Of a stretch of 61,003 bases of DNA, positions 26,454-40,818 are shown piece by piece. Numbering within the stretch: position 1 is the stretch's first letter; each line of letters opens with the position of its first letter. Source of the DNA: Welwitschia mirabilis (Eukaryota); assembly GCA_051453625.1 (NCBI GenBank), contig JBOZIK010000001.1, positions 30,727,310-30,788,312 on the forward strand, given 5' to 3'. The notes below the pieces were generated by a model, which saw only the letters and a list, made by a program, of their open reading frames with translations, did no database searches and was not told where the DNA came from. Both the position numbers and the translations under genes were made by a program.

Positions 26454-29400
26454 TTAGTATCTGCTATGGTGATCTTGCTATAGTAATCTAATACAATAAC
26501 TTAGTGTCATCTTCAGTATCATCTAAAGTGTCATTCTAAGTGTCGTCTAGATGACCAACTAGATAACACCTATAATAAGTGCCACAGTACTTAACATAGT
26601 AATCCTAATATAGTAACTCTTCTATAGTAACTTTGCTATAGTAATTTACTCTAGACGGTGCATTATTATCCTTCAAATCATCTCTAGTCATCGAATTAGA
26701 AATAACTCTAAGAGAATCCAAATTGATTATATCGACCCCTATAGAGGATTTTGAAATAGCTGAAATATTGTAATGGCATCACATTCCATTATTATCTTCT
26801 TATTTAGCCATCAAAACTGTATCATAAAAACTTTAAATGGAACATATCTCTAAAATCATCCATAAGTGATCATAAATGTTGAAAAACTATCCTTTCTTGT
26901 TCATCGTTATGGCTACATTACTTTTACTCTTAACTGATTAAAAATCTACTTAAATAGACTTGAAACATACTCTAGAGATGATGTTAAATATCATTACTTT
27001 GATTTGCAACAAAGCCCTTTACTAAGCATTCGTTAGTCTTTAACAAAAAAACAAAAAAGAATATAAATAAGTTAAACTATAAAAAAATGAAACAGAACAC
27101 TTAAACATAAAGGATCCCATATTGTCAAATATAAAGTGCATATTAAAAAGATATTTCAATTAAAAATCATGAGAAAGATATGTATTAAATTTAAAATAAA
27201 TGTTTTAATTCTATGAAAAAATCCTTTTAATAAACAAATTCATCTGAATTAAATCCAATTTTTTGATGATTCTAAAGATTCCACCCTCATAAAGTAAGTA
27301 AATTCATGTAGAATTTTTAAGAAAGTTTACATGTAATTGTTGGAAGAAATAAGCTAAATGTTTCAAGGGATGTAAAATAAAAAGTAGAAACGAAGAAGGA
27401 AAAAAACACACTAATTTAAAATAAGAAAGGCAAATAAAATAAACTAAAGTAATATAAAGCATCATTGGACTACTTAGATCCTAAATCATTTCCTTTTAAA
27501 ACTTGATACTTTATTTGAAAGAAAAATAAATTCAAATTTTAAAATATTAAATTTATTTTTCTAATGCTTTGATCCTATGCTAAATGAAAAAAGTATGATT
27601 AACAACTTTGAAAATTATAGAACCTAATGGATGAAAAAAAACACATTGCATTAGAACATACTCCAGTTAAATTTGATTACTTATCAATACTATCTCATTC
27701 TAAATTAGAAATAGATGATTCCTGATTAGTAAAACATCATGGTTCTATTTGAATAGCATAGATTGATATGAAAGTGTACTAATTAAATTAACCTATCATA
27801 GCTATAATATCAAGCATTAACTTAAAATATGGACTTGAATATGTGATAATCATAAAATATGTTAAGGTATACCTATTTTTACATTGGATTCATCTTGTTA
27901 TGGAGTGCTCATTTCTGAACTACTGACGTTGTTTTTATCACAAGCCATAGGACTCATCAAATAAGACATAAGCTATTAAGCAACTTTATCCTTGGTGTAG
28001 TAGTCCTTGAGATAGAATGGAAGTGATTATCAAAAAGTTCTTTTGTAATATAGATTGATATTTTATTTTTATTTTGATAATTCTTTCTCTTTTTTTCCTA
28101 TTTCTCTTCAACAAATATAAAAAGAAACTTATGCTTCATTAAAGTACTAATAACTTACATCATTAAGAAAAATGAAGTTGATTAAGAGACAAAGCATATA
28201 ATATAAATAACTTAATTAATCACATCTTCCTCTCCTAAAATGAGAGTTCATAGAAATTTAAATGCCTTTCAATTGGCTAAAATCCAATTGATCATCCATA
28301 AATTGCAAAAGCTTAAAATTCTTAAACATACTACATGATGGAAAATTGAAGTAAAATTAAGTTAATAGATGTTGGAAAAGAGAAGATATTTGAATCATTA
28401 CATTTACATAAGAATAAGCAGTTGATATTCCCTTATAAAAAAAGGCTTTACTAGACTAATTACTTCATGTAGAATGTTTTTTCTTTGATTTGATTTTTTT
28501 CCTATGTCAAAAAGGTAGATCTCCTAATATAGTTATTACATTGTACATTTTTAGAAAAATAAGGACCAAACCCTATAGAAACTAATTAATAAAACATAAA
28601 AGGTATATGACCATTTTTGAGTAAAATCAATTGGTGGAAACAAAAATAAATTGATAACATCCTAATAATACAAATTTCACAAGCAAAATAAGATATTCAA
28701 AATTAAGAAATTTCATTAAAAAGTAACCTCTTATCAAACTGATGTAAAGCATGATTATCATTTCTTGATTCATTAATGGCACTACTCAAACAATGGATCT
28801 AAGAAATTTTTTAAGGCTTCTTAAGATGATTAATTAGGACATGTTTAGTAAGACTAAAAAACTTCCTAAAATTCCACTCAAAACATGAATTTTCATCAAG
28901 AACGTAAGGCTTTCCCTAATATAAAACTCTAAGAAATCCCAAATCATATTTTTTAAAAGTAGGAGGTAATGTGGAATTATGGGTATAAGAAAGGATGGTA
29001 TTTTTACTTTCACTTAAAATCATGAGGAAAAGATATGGAGGAATATTTTGAATAGGATTAGACTCTTCAAGTTTAATTACTTCATGGGATATAAGAAGTC
29101 TATCCTTTATTTGATTTTGTTAAATTCTTATAACTTCCTTTTCATCCTACTTTTCTTCATTATTTGAATCATCATGTTGTTGCATATCATCATTCTCCAA
29201 ATAATTCAATTCATCAAAAGTCTTACAAAGAGAAATGTGATCATTATCTTCATCATAGACTGAAAAATTTTCAAATTTCTCATAAATTGATTCTTATATT
29301 TCACATTTATTTTCTAATAGTAAGTGGACATTGGAGATATGATTTAGTATCTTTATACCATCATCTAATGAATTTTCATGCTCATCATTATTATTTAATG

Positions 29401-32021
29401 AGTGAGTTAAAATTTCATTGTCATCACTTTAGCTTTCTTCTTTTGGACATTGGTCATCTAAGTGTTCATCATTAAAATATAAGTTGTTACTAGGTGTAGT
29501 AATTTTGATGTTTTCCTCTTCATTCTCAAGGTAAGAGGTAGTAGACACAGTGATAGAGGCTTGAGAATGTTGCTTGTAAGAGAACATTGAGATATTTTAT
29601 TTCATTACATGATTTCTTAAAGTATGCCTATAAGATATGTAACATTTTTATTGGTAGTTGCATGCATATTCTTAAGTTCTTATATTGAATTATAAAGTGA
29701 ATTATCTTGATTGATTAGATGATTGGAATAACTTGGTGGGTTTAATATATGTATTTCTTCTTCATTTTCCTCTATGAAGGGAGATTGAGGTATTTAAATC
29801 ATTTGTAGAATCCCTTTCTAAATGAGGTATAAGTTATAAAATATTGAAAATACTCATTAGTATTCCTACACGAAGGCTAAAAAAAAAAAGGAAAAAAATA
29901 GGTTGGTTGAAAGGATTAAGGATCCTAATTCCTAGTTTTAACATCATTTTTTATTGACCGCTCTTTTTGTAAATATTTCATATAATGTTCTTATATCATA
30001 TTCATAGAATTCAAGTTTTTCTTTTTTTTAAAAATGATTTCTTAAAGGGTTCTTTTACCATTATCCATATAAATATATGAGAAGAATGAAATAAGAAGAA
30101 TTAATTTGAATAGTAAGAAAGATAATCACTAGTATCTCTCAAAGCACAAGGAGTAAATCAATCTCACTAACTAGTCATTTAGCAATATCAAAATAATAAT
30201 ATAAATATACATTTTAGATGGTAATTTTAAGGATTAAACTAAGTGCAAAGATTAGAAAAAAGATAACAGTCTTCAAGTTTATACACAAAACTAACAACAA
30301 TGTGGGAATGAAAAGTTATAAAAATAAAAAATAAAAGAAAAACCAGAAAATTCATGAAAATTTAACTAAACTAAGAAAGCAAAAGTGTAACTTGAACTAA
30401 AAAAGAAAAGAAAAGAAAAATTGTATGTACATACTACATAAGTAAATAACTTAAAATCAGTTTAGTTACTTGAGTAATGAAAATCAATCTTTCAAAATTC
30501 CTTAAACTCATCTCCAAAAATAGTATGAATTTACTGCGATATGAATTGTGTGCTTTTCTTTTCATCTTCAAGTAATAATCTTTAATGAAAACCTGTAATG
30601 TTAAGGATCTAACATACATAAAACACACTAGTATAGAGAGTCATCCCGAGTGTCATTCTCTAGAGAAAAATGCAATAGTACATTTGTAAGATTTCTTTAA
30701 TTAAAAAAAGAAGAACTAAAATGATTTTATATTCTAACTCTAGAATGATAAATTAATGAAAATGGAATGATATAATGAATGAATGCAAAATGTAAAGATG
30801 AGATGGAAGCCTACATGAAAATACTAACTAGGTTAACAAACTTGTTGTCATCCAAGTTGGTCCTTATACACTATATCAGAAATCATAGTTAACCTTATGT
30901 AATTAACTTGATTCCAACATAACATATGAAGAACATAAAAGGTAAATTTAAAATAATGCTTTAATTAATATTTTATTAATTAAAATTTCCACATCCTCTT
31001 ATAAAACAAAAGCTCCTCAATGAAGAAGACACAGTGCAACATCAAGAAATGTCTTTCTCTACAACTATGATGGATCCCTTGTACAAAATGCTTTTATTTC
31101 ATAAGAGATTTTAATGCACTAAAGATGATAATTAAGGGATCTAATGGGAGTATTTATAGCTTTGTATTTGATGATTAGAATAGTTAAAGAGTAGTGACAA
31201 ACTAAGAGGAATCATATGAATGATTTCATAATTGATTGAGTTCATTTTAAATTCATTAAAGTTGTCATTCATTTAGATGTCACCTAGACAATAGGGTGGA
31301 TTACATTTCATCTTCTTTTCTAATGATGTCTTATCCTCCACATGACTTCCTAAGGTAACTGATGTGTATCATTCATCTAGTTTCATTAGGATGACTAAGT
31401 GAATTACTATTAGTGAAAAAATAATATTTCTAGTTTTGTATACTATTTGTCATTCTCTAAGTTTCATTCAGATGACCATATGAATAACAACTATAGTAAC
31501 TTACTATAGTACTTCTCATCTTGGTTGTCATCTATACAATCAAGTAGACGATATCTATAGTAACTGCTGTAGTACTTGCTATAGTAATCCTGCTACAATA
31601 ACTTTGTTATAGTAACTTGCTCTAGATGATGCATTGTTCTCCTTGAAATCATCTCTACTTATCATCTCTTAATTCAAGATTAACTTCTTAGGTTTTAAAG
31701 CATTAGAAACAACTCCAAGACCATCCAAATTGATCATATAAACCCTTATTAAGCATTGCGATGATAGCTAGAATATTTCAATGGCATCACATTCCATTGT
31801 TATCTACTTATCTAGACATCAGAAGTTTATCATAAAGACCTTGAATGGAATATGTCTTGAAAAACATCCATAATTGGTCAAAAATGTTGGTAAATTAATT
31901 CTTTCTTGTTGATAGTACTGGTTACTCTACTTTTTCTATTAATTAATTAAAAAAACTACTCAAATGGACCTAAAACATAGTTTAAGAATAATGTTAAATA
32001 TTACCAATTTAATTAATGACA
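26454..32021 (-). mobile_element. Athila-like non-autonomous element (element H) with truncated 3' LTR
   Basis: 26560-27011 is colinear with 31540-32021. A PPT-like AAGCCCTTTACTAAGC follows 27011, as in A. The 5' LTR (~30532-32021) resembles the A LTR (ACACACTAGTATAG motif). A very decayed PBS lies at ~30511-30528. The ~3.5 kb interior has no recognisable pol. Confidence 0.65.
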
Positions 32022-32212
32022 TAATATAAATTTTTATTTTAATGAAATAATAGTTATTTATTTTTTACTTTGAGTTGTAAATAACCTCATACTTATAGTG
32101 TTTAAGTAAAACTATATTTTTAATTTCTTTTAATAACTAATTAAATACTTTAAGTCTAATTTTGGAATGTAGTTACTTTTGTTTGATGGATTTTGAGCAT
32201 AGTAGTTCTTCT

Positions 32213-33873
32213 TATTGGTAAATCTAGTTTTGATGATTTCACTCATCAAATATTTAATGTCATTATGTAGACAGGTCATTGTAAGATAAACTTAGAACAT
32301 CATGAATATAAGATAATGTTGAAACCTCAAGACAATATCTCATGAAAAGAATCAGATGTTGAAATGCAAAATTAATTGTTTGACAACATCTAGAATATTG
32401 AAGACATCTCAAGTAAAGATATCTAGGATATTGAAGACGTCTTGAATATACCAAAATTCAAATCATAGGATTAAGACAACTATCTCATCAAAGATAACTA
32501 TGCTAAAAGTTGAACCTGATATAGACGAAGATATCTACATGATTAAAGACATCTATACTAGGCTCAAATAGGTAACAGAGTTGCTTTAGCTTTTGACTAG
32601 TATGTTACATTTCAAGTGAGCTATCAATTTGTACATCAAGGATTTATGATCATGAAGGGACAAGGATTATATAGAGTAATTTTCATCAAACTCTGGGCAA
32701 GTTTACTAAATACATCTATAAGGTAAAGAAATTTGACCATTATTAGACATTTAAAAAAGTAAAGACATCTTAGATCAAATTTCATATCAATAAAAACTAA
32801 AGATATGGACCTGACTCTTAGAAATTTCCTAACCATTTCATGGTGGTTACAAAGTTAAATGGCTATCTTTCAAGCTTAATTAGCTAGATTCTCTTCAATT
32901 ATATAAAGCCTCAACGTCATAAAACAATTTACAACTTTTGGAACTTCAATAAACACATAGCTCTTGAACTTTTATCACTTAATATTCGAATTAAATACAA
33001 AACAAAGATTACATAGGTGAAAGAAACATCTTACAAAAAATTAAATACATCATTCACAAAGGATCTTGGATTTCTTTCATCATTCTCTCTTGAATCTTTA
33101 TTGCTTCATCCTTCATTTGAACTCATAATGACTACAATGACAATAAGAATCTCAAGTCTTCTTTAAAACTACTACTTTTAAATGTATTATTGTATTGTAT
33201 TTTGGGTTCTATATTGTTAGACTATCTTATTTTTTAATATTATTATGAGTCCATTATTAAATCAATTTGTATAAGGCGACCCTTATATGGGTGTGCATCT
33301 AAAATAGTGCTTATGAACACTTACTTGTTGTAAGGTTATTTGGGAGCTAGAAAACCATTATTTCCTTATGGTGGAGAGAGTGTTGTCTTGTAAGAAGACT
33401 CTCACTATTGTAGGTTTATGGTGTACTTATGAAAGTAACTATTTTCTTATAAGGAATAGAGTGTTATCTTATGAGGAGACTCTCACTTATTATAAGCTTT
33501 ATGATATGCCTGTGAAAACCACTATTTCCTTGAAAGGAAGAGAGTGTTACCTCATGAGAAGACTTTTACTTGTTGTGAGGCTTATGGTACACCTATTAAA
33601 ACCACTATTCCCTTATGGAGAAGAGAGTGCTTCCTTGCAAAAGACTCTCACTTATTATACGGTTGGTAGTACATCAAAAAACCATTATTTTCTTATAGGT
33701 ATAGAATGTTCAGAGGTGTGAGTGAAAGCTACCCTTTACATATGGATGTAAATAGGATGAAAATCACATTATCTCAATAAGGTATTTTATTATGCATTTT
33801 TATTCTAGTATTAGTTTAGATTTTTATTTGGTAGAACTCATTCAACCCTCCCCTCTAAGTTCAACAATCCTCA
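32213..33873 (+). repeat. 5' LTR of element C
   Basis: Direct repeat of 39178-40813. Ends ATCCTCA before the PBS. Confidence 0.9.
33351..33700 (+). repeat. ~82-bp tandem array (about 4 units) inside the C 5' LTR
   Basis: AAAACCACTATTTCC...GAGAGTG...AGACTCTCACTT...GGTTTATG units begin near 33351, 33431, 33515, 33598 and 33680. Confidence 0.85.
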
Positions 33874-33922
33874 AGTGAGATCAAAGTGGGTACTCATAAA
33901 AATAAGTAACTTCCTTGAGTGA

Positions 33923-36900
33923 ATAGTAAAAGGGATGTCATTTATTAGACCTTTACTATTCAATTAGATAAACTACACCTATTGGAAGATAAGGATATGA
34001 GTGCTCTTATGGTTTTATGAGTTTCAAGTTTATTGAAATAAAGATGAAGGATACACAAAATCTATAATAACTGTTATAGAAATAAATATATCTAATGATT
34101 AAAAATATCATCCTTACTTTATAGCTATTACACATTTTCAATAAAAAAATAATGAGTTAGAAGAATAATATGATTTAGGAACTGAAGATGATATAAGTAT
34201 GAGTATTGAAGAAAGGTACATTCTAATTTTTGAAGAGTTCCTTAAACTACAAAAATTATGTATTAAGATGAAAAAGTTACTTCACACTTGTGAAGAAGCT
34301 TATGAAAAAGAGAATAATGCTTGTATTAAATTATCTTCTAAGAACCTAGCTCTTAAAGCTAAGTTTAGTAGTCTAATACATGATTTAAAGCTTGTAAGAC
34401 ATGACTGATTAGATTCAAATAAGATCAATAAAAAATTCTCTCAAGGAAAGGAAACATTGAATATCATGCTAAGGTAATGTAAATGTTTAAATGAAAAGAG
34501 TGACTTGGGACATAATGAAGCCAGAACTAGTACTTTAGCCTTTTTATTTAACAAATGGAATTATAAGCTAAGGTATGAAGACTTAATTTTTATAAATAAT
34601 ATTATCCATTATTATTGTTATAATATCGGTTACTATCAATATATATGTCCATTGAAATTCAAAAACTAGTATTATACTAACAATGCTAAGAGGCCCAGTA
34701 TAATGGTATAACTTTTTATGCAAGACAAATCAAGAAAAACATGAGTACCAAAATTAAAACCAGCTCTTTTTGGCCCAAATAGCACTCAAAGCAATAAAGA
34801 AGCATGCTTGGTATATTGATAGTGAATGCTCAAGACACATGACTAGAGACAAATCTAGCTTTACCACTTTGGTGGCATAAGACAAAGGAGTTATAACTTT
34901 TGGAGATATCACAAAAACATTAATCAAAGATATTGGTACCATTGAAGGAGGTAATCTACCAAAATTAAAGTATGTATTTTTTGTATAAGGTTTGCAATAT
35001 AATATCTTAAGTGTAAGTCAACTTTATGATGCAAATTTTTCTATTAATTTTATAAAATATGATTGTGTTATAAGAGAGAAATATTCTACCAAAGTTTTAT
35101 TTGCTAGTGTAAGGAAATTGAATGTTTATATTACTACTTAGCAAGATATATCTAACAATAGAATCAAGTGTTTTCTTAGTAAAATAGATGAAGCAAAGCT
35201 ATAGCATATGAAGCTTGGTCATGTAAATAAAGATCTTCTCAAAATCTTATCTACAAAGAAAATGGGAAGAGGACTTCCCAAATTTAAAAGCATTGATAAC
35301 AAAATATGTGAAGCATGTCAGAAAGGGAGAATAAAAAGGTAAATTTTGGTAAAAAAATACTATCTCAACCAAATTTTCATTATATCTCTTATACTTAGAC
35401 ATTGTTGGTCTTTCTTCATAGAAAGCTTAGGTAAGAAAAGTTATTATTTAATAATTATAGATAATTTTTCTTATTTTACATGGGTAGCATTACTTACACA
35501 TAAGGATGATACTTTTAATCCTTTTTCTAAGCTATGAATTATGTCATAAAATCAAAAGGAATATAGGATCAAAATTATAAAAAGTAGTAATAGCACGGAA
35601 TTTAAAAATGCAAGGTTTAGATAATTCTATGAACAATTTAGGATTCTACATCAATTATCTACTCCAAGAATCCCCTAATAAAATAGAATAGCTAAAATAA
35701 AATAGAGGGTTCTTAATGAAATGTCTAGAATAATGATGCATGATAAGAAAACACCATATTAATTTTAGGCAAAAGTAATCAATACAGCCTGTTATGTTTC
35801 AAATATAATTCTAGTAAGAAGATTTACTTCTAAGACTTTTTATGAGTTATGGTTAAGTAAAAAATCTATTATAAATAACTTTTACATCTTTAGATTAAAG
35901 TGATTTATTTTGAATGAAAAGAAAAATTTGAAAGACTTTAATTCAAAAGTTGATGGAGGGATTTTTCTAGGATACTCTATAGTTAGTAGGGCTTACAAGG
36001 TGTACAATAACAGAATGCATGTAGAAGATGGAACTATAAACGTTAAAATAAATGATATTGAATTAACTTTTGTGAATGTAAAAGATGACTATACTTTAAT
36101 ACAAATTAATCAATCCTCTCGCCATTATTAAACTATATCATATGGTGAGGAAAAAAAAGAAGAAATAAAAAAGTAAAATCCTTCAAACATTATTATACTG
36201 AAGAAGAGTAATTATATTAGCAACATTATATGAAGTCCATATATAGGTATTTAAACTAGAATCCATACTAGAGAATTTTACGATTATGCAGCTCATATCT
36301 CACAGGTTGAACCAAAAATTTTCAAAGAAGCTAAAAATGATAAACATTGGATAGTTACTATGCAAGAAGAACTAAACCAATTTGAAAGATGTAATATTTG
36401 GAAACTCACTCTAAGACCCTCTAATAAACTAGTTATTGGTACTACATGGGTTTACAAAAATGATATAGATAAATACATAAATGTAATTATAAACAAAGCA
36501 AGATTAGTAGCTAAAGGTTACAATCAACAAAAAGGAATTGACTTTGAAGAAACCTTTGCTTTTATGGCTTGTATGGAATCAATGAAAATACTTCTAGTTT
36601 TTGCTTATGTAAAAGGACTTAAACTTTATCAAATGGATATAAAGAGTGCATGTCTAAATAAAAACCTTAAAGAAGAATTATATGTTAAACAACTAGATGG
36701 TTTCACTAACTCAAAAAATTTTGATCATGTTTACAAATTAAAAAAGGCTTTATATGGTCTTAAAAAATCTTCTAGAGATTAGAATTTCAGGTTATCTAAT
36801 TAAAATGATTTCAAAAGAGGTATATTTGATGTGATATTATTCATTAAAAAGAATGGTAAATATTTTCTTAATGTTCAAATTTATGTAGATGACAGCATCT

Positions 36901-37830
36901 TTTTGCTACTAATGAATATTTATGCAAGAAATTTACTAACATTATGTAATATGATTTTGAAATGAGTCTCATCAGAGAAATAAGCAATTTCTTGGGACTT
37001 CAAGTTATGCAACATAATCAAGGTACATTTATTTCATAGGCTAAATATATCAAAAATTTTCTAGTCAAGTATGGTTTATGGGATTGCAAAGGAAAGGATA
37101 CATCCATGAATGAAAACATCAAATTGGACAAAGATGAAAATAGTAAGAAGGTGGATCAAAAATCTTATAAAGGTATAATTGGTAGTTTTTTATATCTTAT
37201 AACTAGTAGACTAGATATTATCCTAAGTGTAGGGATTTATGCATATTATCAAAGTGATCTTAGTGAATCACATCTCATAGCTGCTAAAAATAATTTTTAT
37301 TACTTAAAAAAATACTATTAATTGGGGCCTTTGTTACTCAAAGAACTTCTATCTTGATCTAGTAGGGTATTTAATGTAGATTGAATAGGATATTAATATT
37401 ATAAAAGAATCACAAGTGAAACATGTTTTTTGCTTAGACAATGCCTAATTTCTTAGAGTAGTAAAAAGTAAACTTAACTGCTCTATCAACTGCTGAGGCT
37501 AAATACCTTACTGTTGGAAGTTGCTATGCATAAGTATTATGGATGAAGTAAATACTAAAATAATTTAGTATCTTCATGGATAGCATACATATTTATTATG
37601 AAAACAAGAGTACTATCAATATATCAAAGAATCATATACAACAGTTAAGAACTAAGTACATTAAGATCTGATATCACATTCTCAGAGAACATGTTCAAAA
37701 TAAAGATATTACAATGCAATATCTTACTATGGATGATGTGCTTGCAAATGTGTTTATAAAACCTATAAGTACTAAAAGATATGTAAATTTGTATAAGAAC
37801 TTAAGGATTAAGCCTTATCGACTTAGGTAA
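33923..37830 (+). pseudogene. Degenerate Copia gag-pol (gag, protease, integrase, RT, RNase H)
   Basis: gag GMSFIRPLLFN*INYTYWK at ~33930 and protease WYIDSECSRHMT at 34809. Integrase fragments include YYLIIIDNFSYFTWV and GIFLGYS...AYKVYN. RT shows KARLVAKGYNQQKGIDFEETFA, YQMDIKSA, KLKKALYGLK and YVDD (36882-36893). RNase H has ALSTAEAKY at ~37480. Many stops. Confidence 0.93.
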
Positions 37831-39177
37831 CTAAATAGGTAATATCATTTAAGATTTTTAACCCATCATTAAAATTATCTTATAAGTTAAGATTATGATT
37901 ATATGTAATTAGATTTGGTTAAAGTTAAACTACATGCTTGTTATTTAATTTTTGAAGTGTTATCATAATGATTCTATTACTCATAGATTTTGTTGATATT
38001 TCTAGAATGCTTATTATAGACGTCTTAAAAGAAGACATCTTGAGTTTTGTAGATATCTTTACTGTACTATTGCAAAAACTAAAAGATGTCAAAAATCTAG
38101 GATTTTGAGTCTTTATTTTTAAAAAAAATGGCCATTAAATCTCATTTTCAAGTCTTTACTTAATAGTTGTCTCTCTTCAAAGGATAATCAGAAGTTAAGA
38201 CACAAGCTCAGATGGAGTATTAGGCTCCCATAAAGGTATAGGTACAAAGGAAGCTCTAGGCTTCTATTTCATCCTAGCAAAGGTAGCAACCAAAATTAGA
38301 ATCTGACAGCTCAAATCTATAGTAAGGAAGAAGGAGACAACATGCTTTACTCCATTTTCTATGATTAAATCCTTTTATCTATTATTCAAAAAGGGGAAGA
38401 AGTGTTAGTAAATTAGTGACAAATCAAAGTATTAGCAAATTATTAATAGATCAATGAATTTTAGTTAGGTACTTTAGATTTTAGAATGTAGATATTTTAG
38501 TGGGATTGGAGTTTTTGATTATGACGTATTAAATTGGATCACTTAGTGTTATCATTATTATTGATGATCCCTCTTAAAGTTTTTATCACACATTAATGTT
38601 ATCTATTATTTTCTACTATTATTGTTTGTTAGCACATATTTTTATGTTGAAACACTCTTTTTTATTTTAATATTACACTTTCATCGACACATTTTTAAAC
38701 ATGTTATGCTCTAATTATTATTGATGATCTTTATGTTTTACATTTCTAACACATTATTAACTATGACATGCTTTGATGTTTACTGTTAGCATATTTTCAT
38801 GAACATATTATTATATGATATTTTATTAGTACAAAATTTGTATTATCATGATATGATTTTATTTTGTATTGTCAAATATTTTTTTGTATTCTGCATGCTT
38901 ATTTGAATGGCTAATACTATGGTTTATTAATTATATTTGTACATTTACTTAATTTCTCAAGTGATATATTAATATGTTTTAATGTTTTTTTTTCAAGTTG
39001 TATATCTATGTGCTTTTATCTATTTTTCAAGGGGTTAATATTATACTTTTTCACTATTATTACAAAATTAATTATATGCATTTATCTAAAATATGAATAT
39101 CAAATCTATAATTGATTAAATGGGATTACACTAATGAAGATTTATCAAGTTTTGGACATCATTAAAAAGGGGGAGCT

Positions 39178-40813
39178 TGTTGTTACATCTAATTTTAATA
39201 GTTTCACTTGTCAAATATTTTATGTCATTATGTAGATAGGTTATTACAAGACAAACTCAAATCATCATAAGCATTAGACAATGTTGAAATCTCATAATAA
39301 TATATCACAAAAAGGATTAGATGTTGGAATGTAAAATCAATTATTTAAAGACATCTAAACAATTGAAGACATCCTAAGTAAAGATATCTAGAAAATTGAG
39401 GATGTCTTACATATATCAAAATTCAAGTCATAGGCTTAAGATGAGTATCTCATTAAATACAACTATGCTAAAAGTTGAATCTAACACAAATAAAGATGTC
39501 TAATATGCTTAAAGTGGTCTATACTAAGCTTAATAAGTAATAGAGTTAATTTTTTTCAACTAATATCTTACATTTTAAGTGGAATATCAATTTGTACAAT
39601 GCAAATTTATGATCACAGAGGCCTAAGTATCATACAGAGTAAGTTTTATCAAAATTTGGACATGTTAACTAAATATATCTATAAAGTAAAGAATTTTGAT
39701 TGTTAGTAGGCATCTAAAAAAGTGAAGATACCTTGGATTAAAGTTCACATCGATAAAACCTAAAGATGTATGCTTAAGTCTTAAATGTTTTATATTAATT
39801 ACATCATGGTTACAAAGTTAAATGGCTATATTTTAATCTTAAATGGCTAGATCCTCTTCTACTACATAAAGCCTCGATGTCATGAAATAAATCATAATTT
39901 TTAAAACTTCAACGAACACATAACTTTAAACTTTTGGCACTCAATGAGTAGATCAAATATAAAGCAAAGATCATATGAGTAAAAGAAACATATCACGAAG
40001 AATTAAAGGCATTATTTTCAAAGGATCTTAGATTTCTTTCATCATTCTCTCTTGAATATTCATTGCTTCATCCTTCATTTATACTTGTAATGACTACAAC
40101 AAAAATAATAATCTCAAGTCTACTTCAAAGCTACATCTTTTAGGATTATCATTATATTGTATTTTTTATTCTATATTGTTAGAATATTTTATTATTAAAT
40201 ACTATTATAAGTTCATTATTGAATTAATCTTAATAAGTTAACCCTTGTATGAGTGTAGCTCCTGTGAGCATTTACTTGTTATAAGATTATTGATAAGCCA
40301 GAAAACCATGAGGAAAAAAGTACTTCCTTATGAGGAAACTCTTTCTATTGCAAGGTTTGTAATGCACCTATGAAAACCACTATTCCCTTGTGGATGAGAT
40401 AGTGTTACCTTGCAAGAAAACTCTCACTTATTATAAGATTCATCTTACATTTGTGAAAACTACTAATTCCTAAGGGAGAGAGGGTTGTCTTGCGAGAAGT
40501 CTTTCACTTGTTGTAAGGTTTATGGTGCACTTGTAAAACCCAGTATTCCCTTGTGGATGAGAGAGTACTACCTTATGAGGAGATTCTCACTTGTTGTAAG
40601 GTCTATGATGCATTAAAAAACCACTATTTCCTTATATGTTAAGAATACTCGAAGGTGTAAGTAGAATCAATCCTTTATGTATCAACATACCCAGGGTGAA
40701 AAACTACATTATCTTAATGACATTTTTTATTGTGCATTTCCATTTTGTTATTGATTTAAATTTTTATTTAGTGAAACTCGTTCACCCCTCCCCTCTAATT
40801 TTAATGATCCTCA
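39178..40813 (+). repeat. 3' LTR of element C (with ~82-bp array at ~40300-40635)
   Basis: Begins TGTTG right after the PPT. Ends GATCCTCA before the TSD CTTCT. Confidence 0.9.
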
Positions 40814-40818
40814 CTTCT

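Larger units (their letters stand above)
32213..40813 (+). mobile_element. SIRE-like Ty1/Copia LTR retrotransposon (element C), degenerate, near full length
   Basis: LTRs at 32213-33873 and 39178-40813. TSD CTTCT at 32208-32212 and 40814-40818. PBS relic TGAGATCAAAGT at 33876-33887, PPT AAAAAGGGGGAG at 39164-39175, C-rich CCCTCCCCTCT near the LTR ends, and PR-INT-RT-RH domain order. Confidence 0.93.

Noticed and set aside
29164..29475. His-rich 103-aa ORF
   Set aside because: It reflects CAT/TCA repeats, the antisense of acidic GAT/GAA codons in H's decayed interior.
33368..33721. 117-aa ORF
   Set aside because: It is a chance read-through of the LTR tandem array and is not conserved in the 3' LTR.
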